Source: Entomortierella parvispora E1425
Taxonomy: Eukaryota > Fungi > Mortierellomycota
Direction: 5' to 3'
Assembly: GCA_020891255.1 (NCBI GenBank)
Contig: BQFW01000001.1
Location: 310,001-374,000, forward strand
DNA: 64,000 nt
The notes under the pieces: generated by a model
Seen by the model: the letters and a program-made list of their open reading frames with translations, nothing else
Told to the model about the DNA's origin: nothing
The model's database searches: none
Position numbers and translations under genes: made by a program
Shown here: positions 48,261-59,902 of the stretch, one piece after another
Position numbering within the stretch: the first letter of the stretch is position 1
Layout: each line of letters opens with the position of its first letter

Positions 48261-48879
48261 ATCGCGATCCTAAAGTGTTTATGAGGGAGGCTTTGTTTGA
48301 ACACCCGGAACTTATAGCGTCAGCTAGAAGTGTCTCAGGGAACGACAGCTGACTCCCGAGAATGCTTATAGAGAAGATACCATGACGCGCACGTATCTCC
48401 AATTGCAGCCACCTTGCAAGCTCTGTGTCGTATGCTGCCACGACTGTTGGGTCCAATCGAGTCCTCGCCTCATTAAGGCACGAGACCAGGATCTGCTGGT
48501 GGCGTCCTCCAATCAAATCCCGTGGCTCCCCTTGTAGAAGTTCGAAAAAGTTGGCCAATGGGTTCCTGTCTAGCAACCCTGCCACCATCGACCATACAAT
48601 CTCATACTGAGGGTTGTATTTGTGCTTGTGAACAAAGGCTGCCATTTCCTCTGTGGTCATCATTCCAGCCGAGGAGCATGGTTCCTGAGGTTGAAAATGG
48701 CGCACTATCCATATTGCCGCGAAATATTCTTGGAATGTCAGGTGCAGGAAATGCCAGGTGCAATAGGAGTATCGAGGGTGGAGTGGAGACAAGAAGTGAG
48801 TTTTATTATATTGCAAGTTTCTAGCTTTTGTAGGTACACATCGCGTGATGTCACCGTATTCCTGTTACACCTTCCCCTT

Positions 48880-51800
48880 TTAAAAAATGATACCGTGCTG
48901 CTCTTTGAAGGTTGTGACCAAGTCCATGCAGTTGTCCAAGTTGCTTACTGGGAGCCATTCGTCAGCTTCTCTGCCGTAGCCTTTGAATGACACTAGGAAC
49001 TGGTGTTGTCTGCGGTAGAAGCGGTACTTTAAAATTTCGTCCACTTCATACTCCTCTTCGCCGTCAATTACAGTGGGATCCACGGGGGCAGGAGCTCGAA
49101 TGCCGAGTGACTCCGGGGACGGCAAATAGGGTCGAAAGGTATCAACGTGGAAGACGTCATGGATTTTGTAGAATGGTGGCAGCTCGACGCGGAAGGTGAC
49201 AGGTGAGTGTTGCTCCAAAAGTGTGAACGGGCCAAGGAATTGAGGTCGAAGTTTATCGGCTGGTCTGATACTGTCGGCAGGGATGGTGATATTGGTGGCA
49301 CGCAGCAGGACCTTATCGCCAACCTTGTACTTGTGATCCCGTCGTCGCTTGTTTGCCTGTTGCTCCTGATGATCCTGAGCACGCTGCAGAGCATCCTGGG
49401 CCAGGGCAAGGGTGGTCGCCTGCTCAGTCAGGAAGGTATCGACAGTGGGGACTGAGCTGCTGGGTTTACCGAGGAGAGCGGTGGGGAGACGAGGGTGCTG
49501 GCCAGAGTTGAGGAAGAACGGCGAGTATCCCGTGGATGCATTGACAGCGTTGTTATAGGCGAATTCCAGTGACGGAAGGAGCTGGTCCCAGTTAGACTGC
49601 TTGTTGTCAATAAACGCTCTCAACATAGTCTTCAGCGTCTTGTTCATAACCTCTGTCTGCCCATCCGTCTGTGGGTGGTAGGCGGTTGACAGTGCAAGTT
49701 TGACATCCATTAGCCTGTGCAACTCTTGCCAGAATCTACTAGTGAATCGAGTGTCGCGGTCCGAGATGATGGATGTTGGTGTGCCATGCAGCTTGAAGAT
49801 GTTGTCAAAAAACTGGTGGGCGACGTCGACGGCTGTGGCAGAGGTAGTACTGGGGACGAAGTGAGCTTGCTTGGTCAGCTTGTCGACAAACACTGTGATG
49901 GCGTCAAAATTTCTAGCTGTGGGCGGAAGAGGGCCGATGAAGTCCATGGTGACTACCTCCCAACGTTGCGAAGGAATGGGTAGCGGTTGCAAGAGTCCAG
50001 CTGGTCGATCCTGTGAGTCCTTGTTCCTTTGACACTTCTCGCAGGTTGCTACATACTGCTGGGTATCCTTGGCGATGTGGGGCCAATATACGAAACGGCG
50101 CAGGTTGTCGTAAGTCTTTTGAAAACCAAAGTGTCCAGCAGTGGCAGAGTCGTGAGCGTCGTGCAAGAGAGTGAGGCGGATCGGGGAGTGCCGAGGGATG
50201 GCCAGGGTGGTTGCTCCACGTCGGGTAAAGTAGAGGAGGTTGTTCTGGAATGAATATCCATTGGCAACCTTCCCATCCAGGCAATCCTTGTAGATGGGTC
50301 CAAGTCGAGGATCGTCGTTGTAGTCCTGGACAAGCTGGTCACGGACGTCCGGGGACAGGGAGACGCTGAGGTTGTATAGCTCAACAGGGTCAGGCTCGCG
50401 GTAGTCCGGTCGTCGGGAGAGAGCGTCTGGGACGATGTTGTCAACTCCTCGCTTGTACTTGAAGTCAAAGTCGTATTCCTGAAGCAACTCCATCCAGCGA
50501 GCCTGTCGACGAGTGAGTTTGGGCTGTGTGGGGAAGTGGCGGAGGGTGGCGTGGTCGGTGTGGACGCTGAACTTGGTTCCATCGAGGTAGTAGCGCCAAG
50601 TGCGGAGCGCATGGATGACAGCCAACAGTTCCTGCTCATGGACAGGGTAGTTCCGCTCAGCTGACTGCATTTTTCCTGGAAGTGAATGCGATGGGATGGG
50701 TATTCCCTTCCCGGTCAGTCTGCAGCAGCACTGCACCGATGGCGAAACCGGATGCATCTGTTTCGACAAAGGTGAGAGATCAGGGTCGAAGATGCGGAGG
50801 ACGGGGGCGGAGCAGATGGCGCGTTTGAGCTGAAGGAATGCAGATTGTTGTTCGTCGGTCCATTTGAAGGGAGTGTTGTTGGCGAGGAGGGAAGAGAGAG
50901 GGAGGGCAATCCCTGCAAAGCCCGATACGTACTGTTGATAAAATTGCGCAAGCCCCAAAAATTGCTGGACGTCCTTTGTGCTCTTGGGGGTGGGCCAGTC
51001 ACTGATGGCTTTGCTGAGCCCGGCCGATGTTTTGATCCCGTCCTTGGTGATGGTGTGGCCCAAAAATTCAGTTTCGTCTTGCATGAAGGAGCACTTGCTC
51101 AATTTCGCGTACAGACCATTCTTGCGGAGGAGAGCCAGGACGCTTCGGAGATGCTGCAGGTGTTCTTTCTTTGTCTTGGAGTAGATCAACAGATCGTCGA
51201 GATACACGACAACCCATTTGTCCAAGACTGGATCGAGTACTCGCAACATCATATTGGAGAACGAAGCAGGAGCGTTAGTAAGGCCAAAGGGAACAACATT
51301 GAACTCAAAGTGACCATAGCGACAACGGAAGGCAGTCTTGTGTGTGTGTGGTTCAAAGATACGCTGCTGATGATAACCGGATAACAAGTCCAACTTGGAG
51401 TAATAGCGTGCTCCACGGAAGCGGTCAAGTAGCTCGTCGATACGGGGCAACGGGTGTCTGTTCTTCCTGGTGATCTTGTTGAGGCCACGGTAGTCGACGC
51501 ACATTCGGAGTGTGCCGTCCTTCTTCCGCACAAAGAGCACGGGGGCGCCATAGGGAGAGGTACTGGGTTTGATAAAACCTGCTGCTAGCAATTGGTCCAG
51601 TTGTTTGCGAAGTTCGTCAAGCTCGGCGATTGAAAGTCTAATGACAGGGCGGAAGGGTGGGTCGGCTGTCGGGTCGGTCTCGATCTTCATAGCATCACCA
51701 CGGTCTAGGGGCAGGCCGTCCGGGAGTTTCTCCGGAAAGACATCAGCGAACTCTTCCATGACAATGGACCGCACCTCTGGGGGTCATATCGGGAATTGTA

Positions 51801-52700
51801 CGCGGTTGGTCAGTTTCTTCAGAGGGCTCTGGGGTGTTGCGAATAAGGGCCAGGAACACCTCCGAGCCGGGCAGGGTTGCCATGGAATGAAAGTGCATGT
51901 GTGTGAGGAGGAGTCCTTTGGTGCGGCTTTTGGATGTGATCGGCCTTGAAGCCGCGGCAGCTCCATTTGACATCGATTCCATTGTGAGTGAAATGAAGAT
52001 CGTTGGTGCGCCAATTGATGCAAGGGTTAACTTTGGTGAGCCAGGGTTTGCCAAGGATGAGGTCGTATTTGTTGAGAGGATAGAGAATAGGGTTGAGCGA
52101 ATCGGAGTAGTCGCTGCGGTTGAGGGTGATGGGGACGGTGTGTGATGTGAGGGAGGAAGAGCCATTGGGGAGGAGGATGGGGATGGGCAAGCATTCAGTG
52201 CGGAGGAGCTGGTGTCGCTTTTGAAAAGACGAACTGATAATATTACCTTCTGCACCACCATCAATCAGGATTCTGGCAGCGTGGCCATTGACAGAACCGA
52301 TGAAAGTGAGCAGTTGGCTCTCTGCCTTTTGGACAGTGAATTCGTGTAGGCGAATCGCACGACGCTTCAACTTCTTCAACTGACTTTTGGACAGAGGTAC
52401 ACTAGGTGCCGGCGGTACAGCGAGAGGGTCCGGTTCATCTGTATCGGAGGATCTAGGTAGAGGAGCGGACAGGGCAACTGGAGCGGGCGAGGCAACAGGT
52501 TTTTTGGTTTGGTTTTGGTTTCGGTCCGATAGAACAACCAGAGCATCGTGGATGTGAGTTCGCTTGTCATGATTGGAGTCATGTTTCTGAGGTGTAGAAT
52601 CAAGTGAAGTTTTATTTGAGGTACTTAGCTCAGGGTTGTTGGCTACAGTTTCGACAACTGGGGTCCGGACCGACCCTAGTTGCCGGAGGCTTTTCCCGAA
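48880..52700 (-). CDS. pol: Pol polyprotein copy B (PR-RT-RNase H-IN-chromodomain), with several 1-nt frameshifts
   Basis: RT YLDD; integrase HHCC (H..GH..C..C), VTMDF, ISDRD, QTE motifs; chromodomain. Extra bases at about 50674, 51780 and 51930; missing base at about 50776. Confidence 0.92.
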
Positions 52701-53596
52701 TCAGGGGATTCACCCGCGGTTACTTGATTAATTCCTCGGCTGCCGTTGCCGTACTTAGGGCAATTGGGACTGATGTGACCCAATTCGCGGCAGCGGAAGC
52801 AGCCACCGTTACGTACAAGGTACTCTCGGTCGGCGGCGGTCAGGGGTGCGGGGCGATCTCGAGAAGGGTTGTTAGTACCGTTGGTGGGGCGGTTCTGTAA
52901 GGAGCGGTGAAGGGTGCCGAGTTGCTTGTGGATATTGTTGAGTTGGATATGAATATTGTCCACTTCCATTGCGTTGGGGTCGGTGATACCAGCAGAGGAT
53001 CCCGAGGCAGCCAGTGCTTTGGCACCGAGTGATGGGTCTTCAGTGTGGAAGATACGACCGAACTCCTCCGCGGCCTTAAAGAGTCTGGGCAGATCTATGG
53101 TGTCGTTGCCTGCATTAACAATGGCCACTTCCAGCATCTGGCGAAGCTGAGTAGGTGCACCACTGAGAAAGGCAGTACGGATAGTATCGTTGAGAACTGC
53201 GTTGTCGGCGTAGTAAGACTGGAGGAGCAGGTGGTATTCACGGGCTTTGGTAATATAGGCCATGACGTTGGAGATGTTCAATGGTAGTGTCATTTTCATT
53301 TGCATTGTGAGGGCGAGAATGTGCTCCTTAAACTTCGCAGGACTGAACTCGGTGGCAAGGAGCTCGCTGAAATCCGGGAATGAGGTGTCGGATGGCTTGT
53401 TTAAGAGTGCCCACCAGCCGATAACCTCATCGCCGGCAAAGGCAAGGGTAACCCCGACCTTGCGAGGTTCGGCAATTCCAGCGCCATCGAAGAAAAAGGT
53501 CATGCGTTTCAGAAAACCGAGAACAGAGAATCCGTCGCGCTTGCCGTTGAACGGTGTTGGATGAGGGAATTTGAATGACGGTGTCGCGGGGTCCAT
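52676..53596 (-). CDS. gag: Gag protein, copy B
   Basis: Identical to copy A gag. Confidence 0.92.
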   Translation of the reverse strand: MDPATPSFKFPHPTPFNGKRDGFSVLGFLKRMTFFFDGAGIAEPRKVGVTLAFAGDEVIGWWALLNKPSDTSFPDFSELLATEFSPAKFKEHILALTMQMKMTLPLNISNVMAYITKAREYHLLLQSYYADNAVLNDTIRTAFLSGAPTQLRQMLEVAIVNAGNDTIDLPRLFKAAEEFGRIFHTEDPSLGAKALAASGSSAGITDPNAMEVDNIHIQLNNIHKQLGTLHRSLQNRPTNGTNNPSRDRPAPLTAADREYLVRNGGCFRCRELGHISPNCPKYGNGSRGINQVTAGESPDSGKASGN

Positions 53597-56500
53597 GTTG
53601 GGTGAATTGTCGAGGGAGAGTTGATCGAAGAGGGATACGAGGGGGTCCAGGGTGTAAGTGTGTCGGAGGGTCAGTGGGTCAGTGAGGTCAGTGGATCGAA
53701 AACCTTTGCTACCATGCAATAGGAGTATCGAGGGTGGAGTGGAGACAAGAAGTGAGTTTTATTATATTGCAAGTTTCTAGCTTTTGTAGGTACACATCGC
53801 GTGATGTCACCGTATTCCTGTTACACCAGGCTTGCCGAACACTGCCCTTCTTAGGATCCAAGTCAGAGTCAGCTGAATGCAAAAATGACGTTTTTTTCAT
53901 GACTTCGACGAGGTGGGTAGGTGAGAGCTGTTGGATAATCGGCGAGGAGCCCTGGAGCTCTCGGAACGTAGATCGTAGGTCTCTTTCCTCAAATTCAATC
54001 TGGTGATGGTTGGTCATTCCTTTGAAGGCGAGATATCCAAGATACTGCAGCTCAGTTGCCATCAAGTCATCGATCTCTTCTGGTTCAAAATCGTGAATTT
54101 GTCGCGCAGTCAGCGGTATTCCACCGTCGGTCTTGTTGAGCCGAAGTGCATCCTTGCACCAGAGTTTCCGCACCATCAATTGATACAGTCCGGTCATCGT
54201 GACTGTCATGCCTTCTGTTGGGAGCGAATTCCAGCTGAAGCAGATCACGTCGAGTTGGACAGGGATATTGGCGAGTCCTTGAATCAATGGTGTTCGTTGA
54301 ATGAACTCTTGGACTGTCCTCCCTGGCTCAGGGTCGAGCACCTTGACCACAAAGTCCTTGACATTCTGTTGACTGAATCCAATAGTTTCCAGTTCCAGAT
54401 CAATTTTCGGTAGTAGACCGACGTCTAGTCCAGAAGGTCTTGAGGTGATGATGACATGCCGTTGTCGAAGCAACATTTTCAAGAATGTTCTGAAGGTGTT
54501 GCCTTCGTCTCCTCCAGCCTCTGCCACGATCTCATCCAGGCCGTCAAAGATGAAAAGAACCTTGCCCTGTTGAGCGTAAGTGACAAGAGCGCTGGCTAGC
54601 GCCGCCTGTTCTTGGCTCAAGTCCTGGTAGACGAAAACCTTCTCGATAAACAATCCTTCCAGGGTGCGACTCTTGAGTCCCCTGAGATGTCGCAGTGGAA
54701 TCCAGAGCACGATTTCGAACCGATCCCTCCACAGCCCATTCTGGTGTGCATGAACGAGCTTCTTGCACATTGTCGATTTGCCAATGCCTGCTCGTCCTTG
54801 GACTAGGATACTTTTAGGTACTCCCTCCTCTCCATCCGGCAACTTGCGCTTGTTGAAGAGCTGATCCAGAGGAATTAACGAGTCGGTGTTTGTATTTCTG
54901 ACCCCCTCGCCACTGGGCATCCGATGGAACATATTTGCCTGTAATTTGAGGTCTTCCTTTTCCTTTTGCCGATGTTCTGGAGCCTCCACAATCGCGAGAT
55001 TGACAAAGCATGATTCCAGATCCAGCTTCTCCCCTGAAACTCTGAGTATATGCAAGGTAGGTTCGTGATAGTTTTTAAGAGCTGATTGAATGTTGCTGAA
55101 GCCTGGGCACTGAGGGCGGTCTGGTAGGTTATCTACCTTTGCATGCCGACGGCTCTGATCCTGAACAGCCTTGAGCAATCTGATGCCTTGAGTGGATTGC
55201 CCAACTGAATCTGCAAACTTGATGGTGTTCCAAAGGGGTGACAGTGGGTCGGCTAGCAGTTTTATCGTAGGATTCTCTTTTCGTATCTCCTCCAGCAACT
55301 TGGCAGCTACAATGTGATGGTATTAATATGGAGAGCGAAAATAAAAGTGTGAGTGTCGAGTATCCTTGGTTTGTGCTGTTTGGTGAACAGGAATATGGAA
55401 GTGGAAATATGGGACTGGCATACCTTCAGAATGTGCATCATTACTGGATACGATGTTGGTGAGCACGTCAAAAATGACTTGATCGACTGCCTTCTGCCGA
55501 ATCCAAATTCTAGTGTCCTTGTAGAGTGCCCCAAGCAATTCAACTGCTTCCTGGTGTGCCTCCAAACTCCATTGGGTATCCGCTATAAATTGTCCAAGTA
55601 ATTGGCAGATTCCCCATTGAAACATGAGTTGATGCCGGCATTTCGAGGTAACAACCACAGCCTTGAACTGCACCAGCCTGCCAGTCGAAATAAGCCACTC
55701 TGCCATGCGAACGGTACGGTACCAGGCTCTCTTGAACTTGAGACCCTCCTTCTTCGTAAATGTATATCCTTCGCCATCTCTGTGGGCCTCCAAAGCGACT
55801 TTGAGCGTCCTGGTCGATCCCTTGCCAATGTCATATAGTTGCTCAATACTCTCGAGCGTGTCCTTTAGTTCCGTGGGGTCAAGCACTTTGGCCAATCCTG
55901 CGCCTACTCTCAATACGAGCCACAATCGTCTGATCGCTGCATGCCACGAATCCTCGTCATCGGACACATATAGCAGTGCCTGCGTGGCGTACTTGACTTG
56001 GAATACCAAGTAAGGATCCTTGTGTGACTCTGACTCTCGAAGAAAATCCGTCAATGGCTCATGGAGGTTGATACGGTCGACATCCCCAATATGAGAGACC
56101 ATCATTGCATCCAAAATTCGTGAAATTGCGAGCAGTTGGCGATATTGATAGGCCGATGAATGGGTCGACTGAAGGCGTGTATGTAGGCACCGAAGAATGG
56201 TCACCAAGTCGTCCGAGTCGATGGATCCTGGAGCAGCACCCTGAATTACCTTGGCCAGTCCATCCAGCGAATGCAAATGTAGAATCTCTGATCCGTTCAC
56301 AGTGTCGATGAAAGTCTTGATGAGAAACCGAGAGTGCTCCTCATTGAGTACTGGGGCCAATTGGATAACCTCGGCAATGGTAGAAGCGTCCTTCATAGTG
56401 TCCATCGCAAATGACTCTATGACTCCAAAGGACAAGCCCGCCAAGCGATCCATCTCACTCGAGTTCTTCAAGGTGTCCCGTCGCCACTTGCGAGCTTTAG

Positions 56501-58767
56501 GAGTGAGATCGGTTTCTTGAACTGACGGGTTCAGCAATGCAAGGCAATAGGCGAGCTGACGGGTTGTTTGTGGTGGCTCTCCTAGACCAGGCAACGGGCA
56601 TATAATAGGCTCTGGATCGACATCCTTGTTAAAAAAAGGCATGCAACCCAAGAACGAACTTGCCGTCAAGACGGAGATGTCTGGTTGAGAGAAGGGAGGT
56701 GGCGGTTGTTGAGGAGTAAAGGCAGCGTTGGCAGATGTGGTAGCAGAAGAGGTGGAAGTAATCACAATGGGGGTAGTGCTGCTTGTCGCCGCTGCGGAAT
56801 TCCTATGAATTGCTGCCCCTTGAGAGGATGACAGAGAAACTCCTGATCCCACTGAAGATGGCATCATTGCCGCTGTATAGGATTTGATTCTCTTGTTGAG
56901 TTTTAGGCTAATGAGAAAATACCGATGTCAGTATGGTTGTAGAGCCTGCCTCTTTAACAATGCCGAACAGGGACTAGGGTAAACTACCTCAGGTCGTTTG
57001 CTCTCTTTCTGCATTTGGCTGCTCTCCACTGTAGCTGCCCTCCTGAGTTATCCAGAACCTTGGCGAGCTCTTCAAACGCATCAATCGTCTCCTCCAGAGT
57101 GGAACGGTCGATTTTCTCAATGGCGCCGACTTGTTTGAGGGCGTTTTTTGCAGCCCGATAGTGTTCCAAGACTGCATCTTCAGAGCCTCTGGCTCTTCGA
57201 GCCCTATCCGTGCTGATGGTTGCCTGCATCAAAGCATCTTGAGCAGAAAGCCGTGGCATGCTAGGGTTGCCACAAAAGTAAACGCATAGGATGGGTTAGA
57301 AATAATCCCCAGATCTAGAGTGCCGGGCTATAGATGTGGTACTTACCTTGACGGTCGTTGGGGACTCTTGTTGTCGAGAAGTACACGTTTATAAAACAGC
57401 AGCGATGATAGAGGTTTGTTGAAAGGAACGAAGTTGATTTTAAAAAGGAGATGTTGTGAACAAGAGTGGGAAAAAAGGGAAAACGAAACAAAAGAAGAGT
57501 TGCCCGTTTACTGGTCCCTCTTGTTGTTGGCAAAGCACAACAGGTGAGAGTACGCACTTGTACGACATGGCCACCCCTTGCTTTGCTTTGCCATTGCTTT
57601 GCCACTGCATCGCCTCTCCTCTACAGCCAGGAAAGGTGTTTTAAACAGGCATGGACAAACGGTGATGAAAGAATGGGGCTGCATGGAGGTGCATGGAGGT
57701 GCATGGAGGTGCATGGATGCAGTGCAGTGAACGAACTCTCTTTGTTTGGTGGCGTCAATATGACTGGTCCGATTGGTGGCCAATCTTCTTTGACGAGTAT
57801 CTCTCCTTCCTCTTCTCTCCTCCTCTCCAGCAGAGCGTGCTACTGTCGTCTATGGGAGTGGCGCCTCTTGTCAGGGGTTCTAATGATAGTATCGATAGTA
57901 TCGATGGAAGGACGGAGGTGCAGGGCAGGGAACGACATGTACAAAACTATGATCGGCACCCACGACCATACCGATGATCAGACGAGATCACGTGCAATTT
58001 TCGATTTGCTCCCTCTGCAGTGCACCCCTTCGACACCATGACACCCTTCATTAGTCACTCCTCCTTTCCATTCCATCAATCACTCCTCCTCCCCTCCGCT
58101 CCATCAATTATACCTCCTCCACTCCACTGTCGTGTCACCTGGTGTATCTACTGTTGTCACGTAAGAGCTTCGAAACTTCCCTTCTTTTACCGTCATGCAT
58201 CATCCTCATGCGCTTGTTGGCTCTTGTCGACATTCACCTTCTTATAATCATTAGAACTTCAAGACCCGTCCAATTCTTCTCCACGCTCTCGCATTGTTAC
58301 ATTGATTACACTACACCAGGCATGGCTCAATTTCTCAGGTAAATTACTTGTAGTTGTCCCAAGCTACATGGAAGTCTTGTCATGTTAGGTCTACCCTCTT
58401 TTAGATCTGCCACGCGGTAGGTCGGGGAGGAGGCCGCAGCAAGATAGCCTTCAGATTCTAGGCGCGACTTGCTTGTCAGCAATCGTGAAGACAGTCTGTT
58501 GGATCCATGTGGTGAATTTCAGAAAGAAATTTTTGGATTCTATTGTCAAAGACGTGCCACTTGTCGTTGTGCATCTTCAAGGTATCTTGCTGCACAGCTT
58601 CTGACTTTTTTCTTTCATTGTTTTGACGTGCTCACTTCGAGAGCTATGTCGAGCTTAGAATCGACGACAGCGGTGTCTTCCTGACCTGACCACACACACG
58701 GCAACAAACAACAACAGCGAATAGAGCACCACATCGACTCAGAGGGACAAGGAGATGACTGCTCGCG

Positions 58768-59458
58768 CAATGTGGGCGAAGGAGATGTGGCGGCTCTGAC
58801 GGATCAGTTGGACTAGACTCAGATCTACAACGACTCTATAGAAGACGACGACGACGAGTATGCATTCCAGGACCAAGGATTTTTTTTTCTTGGGCCAGGT
58901 GAACAAGAGACTGGCACCAGTAAGACACTGCTCAGACTTGGATTTGAACTTGAGCGTCAGGGCGATGGAGGCGACTATACCCGTCAATAACTATCTAAGC
59001 CCAAGAGAGTCAAGGCGGCGTATATCAGTTTCTCCAAGACGGCCAAGAAGGTGGACGTGAAGAAACTGAAGGACAATCTGGAAGGAGATGACGGCACAAT
59101 CGCTGAAGCGACAACCTGGTAGTCGGGACGATGGCGAGCGAAAGAAGAGTCGCAAGGAAAGCGAAGAGGAGAGCGGCGTAGAGGCAGGGGAGGACGAAAT
59201 CGAGAACAAGGCTGAGAACGACGATGATATGGAGGATCCAAGCGGGGACTATGTCAAGAAAGAGCAGCGGTTTACAGAGATCATTGGGGGACTGAGCAAG
59301 ATGTATCCGGAGCAGAAGCTGAGGGATATCTCTGTGCCGTTCTGTTTCATCTGTCTGCTGCATCTGGCGAACGAGAAGAATCTGTTGATTGAGAGAAGAA
59401 TCTGTTGATTGAAGGCACAGACAGCTTGTCCGAACTAGTGATCAAGCAGGAGGGATGA
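58768..59458 (+). pseudogene. Duplicated 3' fragment of the condensin CAP-H gene
   Basis: Homologous to 44035-44701, with a stop (GACTAG vs GACCAG), a 2-nt deletion and a 20-bp tandem duplication at 59373-59412. Confidence 0.92.
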
Positions 59459-59902
59459 GATAGAGAGGGTGAGGAGGCGTAGTCCGACCACAAAAAAAAC
59501 CTGGATATATTCTGAGTATCCTTCGAACTACGCTCTTTTTGTTAAAGATGTCGCGTCATTTCCATCATGTTACCTCAGTCGCAGATTGTCTGAACCGTCA
59601 TGATGCAAATCGCAGGCCCTCTAGTCTTTGAGTGTTTTCATTTAGGTGGTGATCCCAGCCAGGCAACTTGATAGGACATGTAATAAATTTATTGAGAATC
59701 CTCGCAGATTTTCCTCTTCCCGACACTCTACTCTTAAAAACTGCGAGCTTTCAATAGTAAGATCCAAGTCTGATGACCGTGAATGGTCTGTGGGTACAAG
59801 AAAGCTGTCATTTTGACCAAAGTTCACTCATGTCAATTCGCAAGAGGGAGGAACAATGAGTGCGACCAATATTATGTGACTTTAAAGACAAGAGCCGCAC
59901 TA

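Larger units (their letters stand above)
48759..53825 (-). mobile_element. Full-length Ty3/Gypsy chromovirus, copy B (5067 bp)
   Basis: Identical 111-bp LTRs (48759-48869, 53715-53825), TSD CCAGG (48754-48758, 53826-53830), PBS, PPT AAAAGGGGAAGG (48870-48881), gag, pol with C-terminal chromodomain (EYEVDEILKYR...FLVSFKGY...EWLP). Confidence 0.98.
45118..57259 (-). pseudogene. NLR-like NACHT-HEAT gene 1, disrupted only by retrotransposon copy B (2290 aa when restored)
   Basis: Exons 57259-56988, 56907-55424 and 55306-45118 (minus the element and one TSD copy). Walker A GRAGIGKST, Walker B IFDGLDE, about 29 HEAT repeats of 33 aa. Removing the element restores ...VRQAW-HFLHLTFQEY. Confidence 0.92.

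Noticed and set aside
45458-48352. Plus-strand ORFs (MADSGNEDC... repeats), also 61712-62527
   Set aside because: Antisense shadows of the HEAT repeat coding frame.
48880-51774. 964-aa ORF as an intact Pol
   Set aside because: It crosses two compensating indels and reads SPLSKQMHPV... instead of TFVETDASG..., so the RNase H active site is out of frame.
53709-53825. Shared C-terminal peptide CNRNTVTSRDVYLQK... (and VEWRQEVSFIILQ... in other ORFs) as a protein domain
   Set aside because: It is translation of the LTR by read-through ORFs.
58200-58700. Possible gene fragment upstream of the condensin remnant
   Set aside because: Only short broken frames with no recognisable motif.
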